Source: an uncultured virus (IMG/VR IMGVR_UViG_2061766007_001334) (Duplodnaviria > Heunggongvirae > Uroviricota > Caudoviricetes). From it: 49,993 nt of DNA. A program made the position numbers and the translations under genes. The stretch is taken from the IMG/VR virus record IMGVR_UViG_2061766007_001334, one strand, 5' to 3'. The notes below the pieces were generated by a model. That model ran no database searches and was not told where the DNA came from. It worked only from the letters and a program-made list of their open reading frames with translations. Of this stretch, positions 21,009-34,474 are shown in pieces (the stretch's first letter is position 1; the number at the start of each line of letters is the position of its first letter).

Positions 21009-24000
21009 GTGGCAAGATTCACTATCAAATCGAAAAACGGTCTTCTCTCGAGGTTCGTAGGTTCGCCCGTTTATCACGGAGCGCACCTGAAACCGGCTTA
21101 TCTGGAGTTCCGGGAGATAGCATCTCCTACGCCTATTTCGTGGCAAGTCGGGGACTATGTGGATTACACCCGCACCGGCTACCGATACAAACTATACTCC
21201 ATTCCGTACCCTACCAAACAGGCGGTTGCGGAGGCANNNNNNNNNNNNNNNNNNNNGATGTTCAATTCTTCGCCCCGACGAAAGACCTCGAAATAGCGCC
21301 GTTCAAAGACCTCGTTATTTCCGATAACACCATTCACTTTACCACACTCGCAAGCGTATCGACCTACGAGGATGTCTTTGGCATTGCCCGGCGCATCCAA
21401 GCGAATATGGACTCCTTCTACGGAGAGGGAGAGTGGGTTATCCGCGTTTACGACACTTCCGATCCCGAACTGCGCAGCGTCCTGCTCCAGACGANNNNNN
21501 NNNNNNNNNNNNNNNNNNNNNNNNNNNNNNNNNNNCCTTGATGCGCTTTCGCAGATTTATTCTCTCTGGCACGGCATCGGCTGGGTGTACTCTGTCGAGA
21601 ACGGTGTAAACACCATTACCATCGGCAGGCCGAATGAACAGGATGCGTCGAACACCACTTCCGTCTTCGCCTACGGCATCGGCAACGGCCNNNNNNNNNN
21701 NNNNNNNNNNNNNNNNNNNNNNNNNNNNNNNNNNNNNNNNNNNNNNNNNNNNNNNNNNNNNNNNNNNNNNAAGGATAACCAGAGTGTCTACATCCCCAAC
21801 CTGATGATACCGCCGTCCCGTTGGGGCGAAACGGATTCCAAGAAGGACGCTCGCAAGGCGTATCTCGAGGCTTCGCAGGAGATCATCGACAAGTACGGCC
21901 TTCGCCCCAAGACCATCTATTTCGACGGCTCCGGGGACTATGAGGAAATATACCCATCCGTGGAGGAACTGACCGCCGGGCAACTTCGTGCGGCGATGCA
22001 GTCCACGGATGATTACTATCCTAATCCGGCCTTCTCTTCCGATTCGCAGAGGGTGGACGAAATCGCTGCGGCGGAGAATCCGTCCGACGACGGTGTACTG
22101 GCCGAAACGGACGGCAAAAAGTATGTGCAGAAGGTGTCGCTGCTCGGCGTGAGCATGGATGGCTCCTATACCTTCGCCAAAGGGCAGGAATCGGCCAAAA
22201 TTCCGCTCCAGAATATCACGGTGGCAAATACTATCAGCGCGAGCGGAAAAGTGACCGTCACGCCCGCTATCGGCGGNNNNNNNNNNNNNNNNNNNNNNNN
22301 NNNNNNNNNNNNNNNNNNNNNNNNNNNNNNNNNNNNNNNNNNNNNNNNNNNNNNNNNNNNNNNNNNNNNNNNNNNNNNNNNNNNNNNNNNNNNNNNNNNN
22401 CATTGAGCCGTATGAGATTACGACAGAAGATGTCGGCAGCGTGGCGTTGAAGGGCTACATTTTTGTCGCCCCGGCATCCGGCTCGCTGAATCCCGTCCTG
22501 ACCTATGCCCTGAACATGGGGACGACCACCCTCGAGGTGCAAGTCGTCCCTTCGGAGAATTTCAAGGTCGAACTCCGGCAGATTGGCTTCGACATCGCGC
22601 AGCAGCAGAGCGCCGTTTCCGATGGCCTTTGCACTATCGCCCTCAAGACCGGCTGGNNNNNNNNNNNNNNCCAGTACAACGCGGCAAACGACCGCTGGAT
22701 ACTGACCGTTGCGCGGCAGAACGACGAAAGCCTCAGTCAGTATTTCCCGAACTCCGTGTACCGCATCGAGCCGGGCGACCGCTTCGTGCTGACCGACCTT
22801 ACGATGCCGGAAATCTACATCACTTCCGCACAGGAGCGGCTTTACGCCCGGGCGCAGGAGGTACTGAACGCGCTTTCCACCCCGAAAATCATCTATGAGC
22901 CGGAAATCGACGCGAAGGTACTGGCCGCATCCCCCGAACCTATCATGGAGGGTATGTATATGCCGCTCTTTGATGAAGACCTTATCGAAGAGGAAGGATA
23001 TAAAGACTGGGTGCTCATCGACACGGTGGAGATCGACGAAGGCGCGGAGGCCATCCCGACCTACAAGATAACCCTTCAAGACGAAAAACGCGAGAGCGCC
23101 CTTTCAAGGCTGACGAAGGAATCCGGGCGCAACGCGCATAGCATAACGGAAATCACGCTCCGCGATTTGCGTACCAGCGTCGAGGAATTGTCCCCGGACT
23201 ATGTGACCGACGAAGAGGTTTCCGTCCGCGTGGTCGCATCGCACCCCATTATCGGCTACGACCGCTCCTTTGAGGAGGAGCCGGTCAACGAGGTTGTGCT
23301 GACCTGTGAAACCACGGGTATCGAAAACCCGACCTACCAATGGTATTTCCGTGGTGCGATAGACTGGGTGGCTATCTCCGGCGCAACTGGCCAGACCTAC
23401 ACGGTAGACCCGAACTCGTCGCTCTATTTCCTGAACGGCGAAATCGTCGAGGACTTCCGCTGCGTCTGCGGCGGCATCGGGGATGAGGTGCAGATTATGA
23501 AGGTGCTTTCCAATGCCCTTACACTCTCGCTCTCCAACCCGGCCCATATCTTTGAAGCCGGTGTGCAGTTCGCCGTCGAAGCGGAAGACAGGACGGATGT
23601 CATCGGCTATCGCGGTATCGAGCGAATCCCCACGAATGTCAAGATGTCTGCCGTGCGGTTCCTTGATCCGTCCCGCGTCGTCATCCCCGTAACCTACTTT
23701 GGGGGCAACATCCTTGATAGCGATGGCGAGAAGCTGACTGATTCGCTCGGCAAATACCTCGTGACCGCGAGCGGAAATTCCGCATCCATCTATAACGAGC
23801 ATAACGACCTGATGATGACCGTCGAGGTCGTAGACAACAATACCACGGGCACATACTTGAAAGTGACCGTGACCGACAAACTCGACATTCCGGCTGGTGT
23901 TATCGAAGTCCCCGTCATCGTGCGCGAGGCTGACGATGACCATACCGAAAAGGTCGTGAATCTCTACTATTCGTGGGGACTGGCCTTGCAGGGCAATGCG

Positions 24001-27000
24001 TCCTTTACCTCCGTCGTCTTCAAGCGCAGCGCCACGCAACCGGCAACGCCTACGGGCGGCAGCTTCGACAATCCCGTGCCGGAAGGCTGGAGCGACGGTG
24101 TGCCGTCCGGGGACGATACCCTTTGGATGTCGATGCGCACTTTCTCCGCTAACGGCCTGTATCCGCAGGACGAAGCATGGAGTACGCCTACCGGCGCTTT
24201 CGACACCGCAGATGTTGACTTTGAGTGGAGCACCGAGGAAACGATACCCACGAGGCCGAATCCCGGCTACGACCCGTCCCACGATACTACGCCTCCCATT
24301 TGGCACAACGATTCCACAAATGCTATCTGGATGGCCATTCGCAAGAAATCCGGCGGCGTTTGGGGCGCGTGGGAGGTCTTCAAGTGCAAGGGCGAGAAGG
24401 GCGAGAGTCCGCTCTTTGCCGACCTCTCCAATGAGGCGGATGGCCTTGCGGTAGGTAGCAACGGCATCCTCGATGTGCAGATGGTCTTGCAGACGAAGGT
24501 GGCGCTCTGGTATGGTAACGAGGCGGTCACGATCACGAACATCACGCCCGATGTCCCTTCGGCCTTCGAGGGTAGTATTGTGCCGTCTTATCCCAACGGT
24601 AAGGCCGACGGAACCATCAACTTCACGATTGCGGCCAACACTAATTTCAACAATGTAAATTCCGTTGAGATTCCTATCGTTATCTCCAGCGCGAAGGGCT
24701 CCCGTGGTGTGACCTTTACCATTATCCCCGTTGCAGAAGGCGAGGACGGAATGGTTTACACCCTCGTACCCAGCGCGGATTGCGTCAAGGGGTCGTACAA
24801 CGCGAGCGACAATATCGTTTATACCCCGACATCCGTATCCTGCCAGCGATACACCCGCTCCGGGAACGGTGCGCTTACCGCTTCGTCTTATGGTGTACTG
24901 AAATACAGCGTTGACGGCGGATCGACGCGCCAGACCTACTCGAGCGCCGTACAGGTATCGTCGGCAGTAGCTGCTGGTCGCATCATCTTCTACTGGTACT
25001 CCGACGCACAGGAAACGACGCTGATAGATCGTGAAACCGTCCCCATCGTTACGGACGGAGCATCTCCACTCTTTGCCGACCTATCCAACGAAGCCGATGG
25101 CCTTGCTGTTGGTAGCGATGGCGTTTTGAGCGCATCCCCGTCGTCGCTCTCCACGAAGGTTCATATTTATAGCGGCAATGTGGCGCAGTCCATCACGGCA
25201 ATCTCTGCGGATAATACGCAGATACCGTCCTCGTTCCGCAATAAATTCACAATATCGTCCTCCGGCCTCAATACCACAGAAGGGACAGTATCTATCGCCA
25301 TTGCCGCATCCTCCTCTTCGCCCATTGATTTCTCCGGCGTGGAGTCCGTGAGGATTCCCATTACCATAACCTGTGGAAAGGGAAGCCGAACCGTCGTCTA
25401 TACCCTTATCATCATCAAGGACGGCGAAGACGGAGCGGTGTTTGTCCTGCAACCGTCTGCCGATGTCATCAAGGGGACGCGAAACGCAGACAATACCATT
25501 TCCTACGACCAGAGCGGCATTTCCTGCGCCCGTACGATGCGTAAGGGAAGCGGCGAACTCTCTGCGTCCACATTCGGCGTTTTGAAGATGAGCGTGGACG
25601 GTGGTTCGACGAAAAAGGCATACGCGGCCATTACGAACACCAGTTCCGATTGGACTGCGCTCGTCGCAGCCGGAAAGGTCATCTACTACTGGTTTGATGA
25701 TGCGCAGGAGAGCCACCTTATCGACCGCGAAACCGTCCCGGTCGTGGTTGATGGCGCAAAGGGTGCGGACGGCGTTTCCGCAAGCACGGTCTATCTCTAC
25801 AAGCGCAGTTCCAATGGCGCTCCGACGGTAGGCCCGAATGTAGACCTGACCTATACCTTTGCAACCGGCGCTCTTTCCCCGAAAGATTCCGGCGCGGATA
25901 CATACGGAGGCGGCTGGTCGAAGGAGATTCCTTCCGGCGACGATCCCTGCTATGTCACTATGGCTTTCGTTCAGGATAGTGCCGCGACAAAGGTTATCAA
26001 GGCCGGATACAACAACGCTTCCACTCCGGGCGACTGGGCTCCAGCCACGAGGCTCACGGGCGACAATGGCCTTATGGGTAAGGTCATGCGCGGTATCAAC
26101 CCGTTCAGCGCAACCTATGGCGCTGGCGTTAAGACCTCCACGCTCGTCGAGTATCAGGGCCTTACAGACACCGATACGAGCCATATCTACTACGATATGG
26201 TCTATCAGGAATCGGGCGGAACGAGGGTTTACTATTACTGCAAGGTTGGGGGTTCTGCGGCCCGAAGCCACGCCCCGGGCGTTTCCGGCTCCGGCTGGGA
26301 AGATTACTGGGCCGTTGCTACCAACTTCGACTTTATCGCCACACGCGTCCTCTTGGCTTCCAACGCTTTCATCGACATCCTTTCTGGCAATGCGTTGTAT
26401 ATGTACGACAATGGTCAGGAGTATGTCGTGGCAGGTGTTCAGGGTGGCTCTACTACGACGGACGGCGGANNNNNNNNNNNNNNNNNNNNNNNNNNNNNNN
26501 NNNNNNNNNNNNNTTCGCCGGTACGCACCCGGAAACGAGCGCCGGTGCTGGCGATGCGGTAACGCCGCTCAATGCTCCGTTCCGCGTTACCTATGAGGGT
26601 GTTGTCTACTGCAAGGACATTCGCATTACGGGCGGGCAAATAGAGATTTCCAACGGCAGCGCGGTCGTATTCTCCGTTTCCAATACGGGCGCTTTGATAG
26701 CCGCAAATGCGACCATCACGGGCGGCTCCATTACCATCAAGGACGCGAACAATGTAGAGGCTTTCAAGGTCACGAACACGGGCGCTTTGATAGCCACGAA
26801 TGTCAATATCACGGGCGGCAAGATCGTGGTTGATTCGGAGGTCGAACAGCTTGATGGAAACAGAATCGCCATCAAGACAAACTACGGCATCCGTGGCAAG
26901 TATTTCATGCTTCACGAGGGCTCTGGAAATAGCTTGAAGCAGATGCACATTAACGGCGACCTCGGCGCGTCGCTCGTGCCGCTGATTTCGCTTACCACAA

Positions 27001-27212
27001 CCGGCGGATTCAAGGCCCTGCAAGTTTCCAACGGCGATGTTCAGCTTGCGGCGCAGAGCAACAACATGATCGGTTCGGAGTACATCATTTCGTCCCCGAC
27101 AACCAAGCACTTTGTCGACATCGAAGAGTCCGACTACGACGCAATGGAGCAGGCCGGAACGCTCGATGCGAATACCACTTATTTCGTTTACCCTGATGGT
27201 TCGTTGTCGTAA
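21009..27212 (+). CDS. very large tail tip / hub-fibre protein (about 2000 aa, several gaps; may be more than one gene)
   Basis: Consecutive coding-like ORF fragments broken only at N gaps; internal ~220-aa duplication; C-terminal short repeats (NTGALIAxNxxITGG). Confidence 0.65.
24406..25756 (+). repeat. tandem duplication of a ~219-231-aa module in the tail protein
   Basis: SPLFADLSNEADGLAVGS starts at 24406 and again at 25063; both units end in IDRETVP(I/V)V(T/V)DG. Confidence 0.85.
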
Positions 27213-30200
27213 TGGTCGCTAACAAAATAGGAAATGCAATCAAGGTCGGGCGCAGTTCGATGCTCTGCAACCGTGTGATGCGCGGCGGCCAACAGGTGTG
27301 GCCGATGGCGTACACGGCGCAGCTTTTCGTGTCGTGGGTCTATGGCGGCCAGTACGCCCTTGATTCCGTCCCGGCTGGCGGTGGTAGCGCCGTTCCGACT
27401 TGGACGCTCAAGGTGTACCGCGTTTCGGATGGCGCGGAGGTGTATTCCACCAATGTTATCCCGACCGTCACACTCTCCACTTACTCTGGCTTCGGATTCT
27501 CCAATAACACTTGGACGGCATCTTCGCGTGGGCGCAATGGCGACGCAGCCTCCGGGACGAGCGCACCGACGAGCGTTTCCACGCCGAGGACTTGCGACCT
27601 GACAGCATCCTATACCGGCACTTACAACAATGTGCGGATCTCGGCCACCAAGACCGTTACGATGTCGCAGCTTAAAAACGAGGTGCACGGCGGGGCATAT
27701 TCAAACATTGTCGTTACGCTCTCCAAATACAAGACGACGGGCTCTCCGGCCCCAGCATACGAAACGACGGATGCGACGATTACAGCGACGATGGATCAGG
27801 CGTACACCTACGACTCCGGCGAATCCTACACCTACCAGCAGGCGCTCAAGACCAATTCGTTCAACCTGTCAGCCGGGGATTCGTGGGTTACATTCCCAAG
27901 CATATCCGCTTCCGGGGCGACGGTCAAGGTTGGAAGTCGTGGCACGACCTACGATTCCAACCGACGCAGCACCACGATCCGCGCAACGCTGGGTATGTCC
28001 CCGTCCACTTATGCTGAGGTCACGATTTATCAGGCCCCGAACACCATCATCGACACGCAGTACAACTACTACGATTTCGACCTGTGGACGAGCCCGAGTT
28101 CTCTCGGAAGCACGGACACTTCGTTCTCGGTGTATGGTACGCTCTATTACAAATACCGCAATCAGTATTCGTCCCAAGAGTGGGGCGGATGGTCTACGAC
28201 GCAGACTACGACCGTAACGCCGACGATTACAGGGGCAAAAAAGAACGGCTCGAATTATACCAACTACTCTGGCAATACCGTCACCATTCCGCAGAACACG
28301 GGCGGCAGCGACATAGAATATGAGGCAACGGCGAGCTACACCGATCCCGCTGGCTACACTTGGCGAAACTACACGGCGAGCGTCACGCAGAGCGGCATTT
28401 CGTACACCTACGGAACGCCCGTCATCTCGTTCTACTACCCGGAGATTCCGGCATCCGGCGGCACGGTCTATCCTGTTGTTTCCTTCTCGCAGCAGCGCAC
28501 ATCGAGCCTCGGCGTTACGGATACGATAACCGGCACTCTCACGCAGGGCGCAACATCCGGCTATGCTTCGGATGGCAGCTACTTTTCCGTGTCGTTCTAT
28601 GGCAGCAGNNNNNNNNNNCTTCCGATGGCCGTGTGTATATCGGAACCCGTGGAACAGACCCGGGCGCGGCCCGCAATGCGGCCACGAATTGCCGTTGCTA
28701 CATCGCCTGCCACGGACAGGGCGCATACTCCAGCTATACCACAGCAACGCAGGAGGCCAATATCGAAACGGTCACTCCTGCAAGCAATGTGTGTTCCGCG
28801 CTTTCGCTTACCCTTTCTCCTTCGACACTTACTGCGGCCTCCACGAATGTCGCGGTCACGGCGAAGGCCAGCGGAACGAGTACCACGGAGCGCAAGGATT
28901 ACACCTCCGGCGAACACACGGGCGGCGTGGTCACGAACTACTCCAACCAGACCGTAACGCTGGAATCCCTCAAGGTCAACGGCACGGCACAGTCGAGCGT
29001 TTCCGGCTTTACAGCATCCAATGTACACAACCTGTCTACCAAGTCGTACAGCGTTGAGGGTGTGTACGGCGGCAAGACCGCCACGACCGGCATCACGCAG
29101 GCGGCGNNNNNNNNNNNNNNNNNNNACGAGGGATTACCTCGTTTCGGTATCAATCGGCAGCAACAATGTGTCGGCGGCGGGCGGTCAGGCTTCGATCTCC
29201 GCATCCGGCTCGCACACGAAATACAAGAAATGGCTGTCGGACAATACGGATGTTTCCGGCTCGGTGTCTTCCGTCACGGATACGCCTACGCTTTCGCTCA
29301 TTAACATNNNNNNNNNNNNNNNNNNNNNNNNNNNNNNNNNNNNNNNNNNNNNNNNNNNNTTGACGGAACGACGCTCAAGCACCGCGACATGACCAACAAC
29401 GCGACCACGGACTCCGTGAAGGTGCGGGCCACCAACGGCAGCGTTACGGCTGATTCTTCGACCGTTTCCGCAACCAACGCCAAACACTACGGTACGGTTA
29501 CGGTTACGCCGTCGCAGTCCACGATTGCCGCATCCGGCACTATCTCTGGCTACCCGATTACCTTTGCCGCCAAGAGTGTTGTCACTTGGGATAGCGGCTA
29601 TTCCGAATCCGACTACACTAACTTCTCGTTCTCTATCCGAAGCAAGGGCAACGGAACTCATCGCACCTACACGCTCGACAGTAGCGGCCTGACCGTCGGA
29701 TCGCTCGGTACTTATGTGAATAGCAATAACGCATACACCTACATCAAGGCGACCCCGGCAGACAGTTCGGTTGGAAATGGAGAATGTATCCTGACGGAAG
29801 CCAAGAACATCATCGAAAGCACCGTTCTTTCTGTGGACTGGAGGCTTCCTTCCGGCTTCACTAATATCTCGAGTGTCGGCGGATCGGTCGAGGTTACTAT
29901 CGGAACAAACAATGTGAAGGTCAACACCTATTCGTCCGGGAGTACGGCGAATGAGAGCGTCCAGCGTCTTTCTGTCATCAGCGCACTTACGATGTCTGGG
30001 GATTCCGATTTCTCGATGTCGAAGAGCCTCACGACCTACAAGGCGACCATCAGCGCGTACTACAACCCGAGTTACACCACCGACCGCTCTTGCCGCCTGA
30101 CGGTCACGATAAGCGGACTTACGGACTATATCGACATCACGCAGAAGCACGTATTCTTCCACGAGTATGTAACCAATCCTACATCTGGCGACCCGTACAT

Positions 30201-30420
30201 CCGTGCCAAGATTGACAATGTTGATAGCGCCCAACACACCTTCGGCTATACCGTCGCGTGGAAGATCAATGGCGGCGACTGGCAGACGCGCTCTGCAACA
30301 CAGACTATCTCCGGCGGCGGATCATTTACCGCCCAGACCGTACCGAGCGGAACCGGCAACTATGCGCAGATAGAAGTAACATCGCAAGATGGTGCAACAC
30401 TCATTAAACGAACATCATAA
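27212..30420 (+). CDS. Ser/Thr/Tyr-rich beta-sandwich repeat tail fibre or adhesin (gapped, about 1050 aa)
   Basis: Fragments joined across three gaps; recurring (V/I)(P/S)A(G/S/A)GG, SRG(T/R) and TQA/YQA motifs. Confidence 0.6.
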
Positions 30421-30860
30421 TGCTTACTGTAAAGAACATATCCAAGACTCTTGATTTTGCAAAGATAAGCGACTTGCTCCACTTTGCCCTTGATGGCAAG
30501 CTGGAGCACGATGTCGTCGTCAACATCATCGAGTACGACCATATCCTTGACCGCCTTTCCACCCCGGATTTTGAACTCAAGGCGATTACCTATCCCACGA
30601 ATATCGACCACAACTATTCGCTCATCATCCGCAGGGGCGCGAGCCGCTTGGAGGAAATTGTGCTTCACGAATCCATCCACCTGACGCAGTATGAGGCCGG
30701 GCAGCTGAAATTCAACGTGCAGTCCGGGCGCTGCGAATGGGACGGCGTTTCCTTCTCTGCTTCGTTCCCGTATGAGGCGCGTCCGTGGGAAAAGGAGGCG
30801 TTCAGGGGTCAGTATGATCTGCTCGCGGCTTGGCGAAAACACAACAAAAAACTCAAATAA
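30420..30860 (+). CDS. putative zinc metallopeptidase (HExxH)
   Basis: VLHESIHLTQY...PWEKEA. Confidence 0.7.
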   Translation: MLTVKNISKTLDFAKISDLLHFALDGKLEHDVVVNIIEYDHILDRLSTPDFELKAITYPTNIDHNYSLIIRRGASRLEEIVLHESIHLTQYEAGQLKFNVQSGRCEWDGVSFSASFPYEARPWEKEAFRGQYDLLAAWRKHNKKLK

Positions 30861-30862
30861 CT

Positions 30863-31891
30863 ATGGCAGACTACCAACTTCGACAACCCGGGCCTACCAT
30901 ACAGGAGGCCATCGACATCGCCCTGAATACGACCAACCTCATCCAGCAGGAGGCAGTTGCGCGTCAGCAGGCGGATGCCCAGCTTGCAACCAAAGCGGAA
31001 TTGCAGGCTGAAACGCAGAGGGCGCAGCAGGCGGAGGCTCTTCTCGCCACCATTGCCGCCCTTGACAACGAGATTGCCCGCGCCACCGGGCGAGAGGGTG
31101 CGCTGAACGGCCTTATCGAGGCTATCAAGGCGCTCATCCCTACGCAGGCGACCACTTCCAACCAGCTTGCGGATAAAGCCTTCGTGAACTCGTCCATCGC
31201 GGCGCAGGCTGCGGACTTCCTCGGGACGAGCGCAACGGGCCTTACGTATGAACAGTTCATCGCGTGGGCCAACTCCAAGAACCCCGAAAAGAACGACTAT
31301 GTGTACTGGAATACCGTTGACGGCAACGGAAACACGGTCTACAAGCGTTACAAGTACGACGGTACGCAATGGGTGTTCGAGTACGACCTGAATAACTCGT
31401 CATTCACGGCGGCACAATGGGCGGCCATTAACTCCACGATTACGCTGGCCCTCGTCGGCAAGCTGCAAGACCTTCCCACGAAGGCCGCGCTTGATCTTCT
31501 GCTGGACGAAAAGCTGGAGTACGAACCCACGACCGACCCGACGGACGAGGATGTGGAGGACGAGTACCAGCGCGTCCTGCAAGTGCTCTATCAGGCCATT
31601 GCGGATGCGCAGAACGCGAAGGCGGACTATGTTGGCAACGACAACTATGTGTACCGCTGGAACGCAGCAAACCAACAGTATGAGCGTACCAACCTCTACG
31701 TGAAGGGCGACCCCGGTACGACGGACTACAACCAACTCCAGAACAAGCCGACCATTCCCACCCAGCTTGCGCAGCTTTCCGGCGATTCGACGCACCGCAC
31801 CGTGACGGATGTGCAGATCGAAGGGTGGGGCGAGGCGTTGAAATTCGAGGAAAGCAACGACCCGTCGAGCCTTTTTGATTCCGAAGACTAA
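30863..31891 (+). CDS. tail fibre-associated structural protein
   Basis: Coiled-coil N-half; NQLADKAFVNSSI and TDYNQLQNKPTIP fibre-type motifs. Confidence 0.6.
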   Translation: MADYQLRQPGPTIQEAIDIALNTTNLIQQEAVARQQADAQLATKAELQAETQRAQQAEALLATIAALDNEIARATGREGALNGLIEAIKALIPTQATTSNQLADKAFVNSSIAAQAADFLGTSATGLTYEQFIAWANSKNPEKNDYVYWNTVDGNGNTVYKRYKYDGTQWVFEYDLNNSSFTAAQWAAINSTITLALVGKLQDLPTKAALDLLLDEKLEYEPTTDPTDEDVEDEYQRVLQVLYQAIADAQNAKADYVGNDNYVYRWNAANQQYERTNLYVKGDPGTTDYNQLQNKPTIPTQLAQLSGDSTHRTVTDVQIEGWGEALKFEESNDPSSLFDSED

Positions 31892-31907
31892 TTAACAACC
31901 AACAGAC

Positions 31908-33111
31908 ATGACTTCCGTACAAGGTAACATCAAGGACAAAAACGGTAACAAGGTTATACCGAACACGTCCTCTATGGCCGTCTGGGATGCGGCCAAAGGT
32001 CAGGCGTTGAGCGCAACGCTTGCAAACACGCCCGATATGGGCGTACTTGGTTATCCCAATTTCTCGACTGTGGTAAACTACGCAGCCGGGGATAGGGTGT
32101 ACAATCTTAACAAAATCTGGGAGTTCAACCAAGCGCATACCGGCGCGTGGAATGCCGCCCACGTGGATGAAATTTCCCTCGACAGCATCGTGTCCGACGC
32201 GCTTGCGCTCATTACCTTCCTGAACAAAGCGCTCGGCAAGTACGCACAGGTGTCGAACATCACGCTCGCGCAGTCCGTTTCCGGCAAGTATGTGAACACG
32301 AGCGGCGTTGAGGTTGCGGCCACCGGCTACGGTATCAGCGCACCGTTNNNNNNNNNNNNNNNNNNNNNNNNNNNNNNNCCTGCTGATCCCGTCCGCGAGC
32401 GCCGTTCCTGCGGCCTGCTCCGTCGTGAGCCGTATCGCGCAGCGCACCTACGACAAGGTTATCGTCTACACCTACACCTACAACCAGACTGACCCGACGC
32501 TCTATGACACCGCTACTGCGGACTACGATTCCTCGCTGGTCTACACGGCGGTCTACGACACGACCGGCGAAACACCCGTACTGACCGGCTGGACGCGCAA
32601 CGGACAGACCTACACCACCCTTCCGGCAACCCGTCAGGTCACGGAATCGTACTATGAGCCGCTGGTCAAGCAGGCGGTTTCCGCGATGCCCGACACGGGA
32701 TACTATGTATATCTCTGCCCAAAGGAGATGACCGTCGTAGTGAGCGGCCTTACCGCAACGGTCAGCGGCGGCGTATGCCAGACCGTCGGCTTGGGTATCT
32801 TCAAGAACATCGTGAGCAACTTCCTCTCGATGCCCGGCCAGAACACCGTCGCGCAGGCACTCTGCGACCTCGAAGGCAAGGTGTCCGGCCTTACGGAATA
32901 CATCAAGAATCTTCGCAACATCGACCTCGAAAATCAGCCGAAGGTGTGCGGTGCGGACTGGACGCTGCAATGCGACGGCGCTCCGACCTTCGGTGCGATG
33001 TTCATCGGCCAATGGTGTCACGCGAAGATCAACAACAAGATCAACATCTACCGTTCCATCAGCGTAACCAACGCGGCAGCCGATTGGGTGCTTGTGGCGG
33101 TGCAAAGCTAA
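31908..33111 (+). CDS. tail fibre-associated protein (one gap)
   Basis: Two ORFs joined at an N gap; FSTVVNYAAGDRVY...HTGAW resembles a small carbohydrate-binding module. Confidence 0.55.
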
Positions 33112-33124
33112 AAACGACTGAGCT

Positions 33125-34445
33125 ATGGCTATTAAGAATTTCCCTACGAAAGCGGCCTATGATGCCGCGGTCAAGTCCACCATCGACTCCGAGGTGGCGA
33201 TGATCGAAAACGACAAGAGCGTAAAGTATGACGGCGTTAATGTCATCACGCTTGAGCCCGTCTGTGGCGATGCCCTGTTCCTCGACGAAAACAACAAACC
33301 CGTCATAATCAAGGGTGGCAGCGCGATCCAGAAGGCCAATATCCCCGCCGCTTGGACTTACATCGGCGAGGTCAACGAGCGGGTGTCGCCCGACACCGTG
33401 GCCGTCATCAACAAGGACATCAGCGCTACGCGCAAGTTCCTCGGCGTAAGCCAGTTTGCGTGGACTACCTCGCAGACCACCGAACCAATCATCCTTGACG
33501 GCGAGCAGCACTCCAAGACCATCGGCCTGCGTTTCGGCATCCCGAACTGGGATACCACGACGAGCATTACCTTTACCTACACCGCAACGACGCTCGCACA
33601 GGCCGCCGCCGCTTGTCAGGCCGCTATCGAAGCGAAGCTGGCAGAACTCGAGGCCACCGCAGCCGTCATCGCAGAATGGTGGGCGTATGCCGATGAGGAT
33701 AACAACCGCGTCATCATCCAGCGCGACAACTGCACGGACTACCGCTACTACAACTGTTCCGGCGTGACGAACATCGTCTGGGATGATATGCCCGCGACCG
33801 ACAATGCTGGTTATCGCGTCAACAATGTCGCCGGAAACCAGCGCATTATGAATGTCGCACGTGGCGCGGCCTATTACGGCACGAATGGCAGCACTCCGAC
33901 GGCGAATGTGCCGCTCAACAGCGCAACGACCATCGTTACCTCGGCTGCGTTCAGTAGTTCCCCGTACTGCGCCGCCCTGCGTGAAGCCTACGGCACTTAC
34001 GCAAACTACATCAAGAAGGAGTATCAGGTCAAGTTCCCGCAGAAACTTGGTGTCTTCGCCCTTCCTGATGGCGACACGCTGACGAAAAAGTACGGCCCGA
34101 TGACCGTACCCACGAAGAGCGGTTCCACTATGGCGAAGTTCCCGGCCCTGAACTGGGCGCTTTCCGTTGGCTACAACGGCGAGGGCTTGGAGGCTGNNNN
34201 NNNNNNNNNNNNNNNACGGCTCGATTTTCATGGATGACGACAACCTCGCCAAGATCAACGCAACGCGCAGCAAGATGGGTGTTACCCAGATTGCGAACTC
34301 CGCGACCCGTTGGTTTGCCCAGAGGTACAGCGTGCACTACGCTTGGATTTTCTACGGCAACAGCGGCTACCNNNNNNNNNNNNNNNNNNNNNNNNNNNNN
34401 NNNNNNNNNNNNNNNNNNNNNNNNNNNNNNNNNNNNNNNNNGTAA
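33125..34445 (+). CDS. DGR target protein 1; C-terminal CLec-like domain, probable receptor-binding protein (stop lies in or just after the gap)
   Basis: Ends ...RWFAQRYSVHYAWIFYGNSGY, which is the variable repeat; last gene of the tail module. Confidence 0.85.
34297..34424 (+). repeat. DGR variable repeat VR1 (34372 onward is N; end inferred from TR)
   Basis: 34297-34371 aligns ungapped to TR 34958-35032 with 9 mismatches in 75 nt, all at TR adenines. Confidence 0.95.
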
Positions 34446-34474
34446 GGGTGGGTGCAGCCTTAACCCGTACCAAG

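Noticed and set aside
5748..34273. Many long antisense ORFs (e.g. 8234-9646 +, 10125-11516 -, 17138-18517 -, 33059-34273 -)
   Set aside because: Shadow frames of real genes in GC-rich, codon-biased DNA, with no recognisable motifs.
34442..34471. Possible VR1 downstream hairpin (GGTGGGT...ACCCGTACC)
   Set aside because: Pairing is weak and the expected position falls within the N gap.
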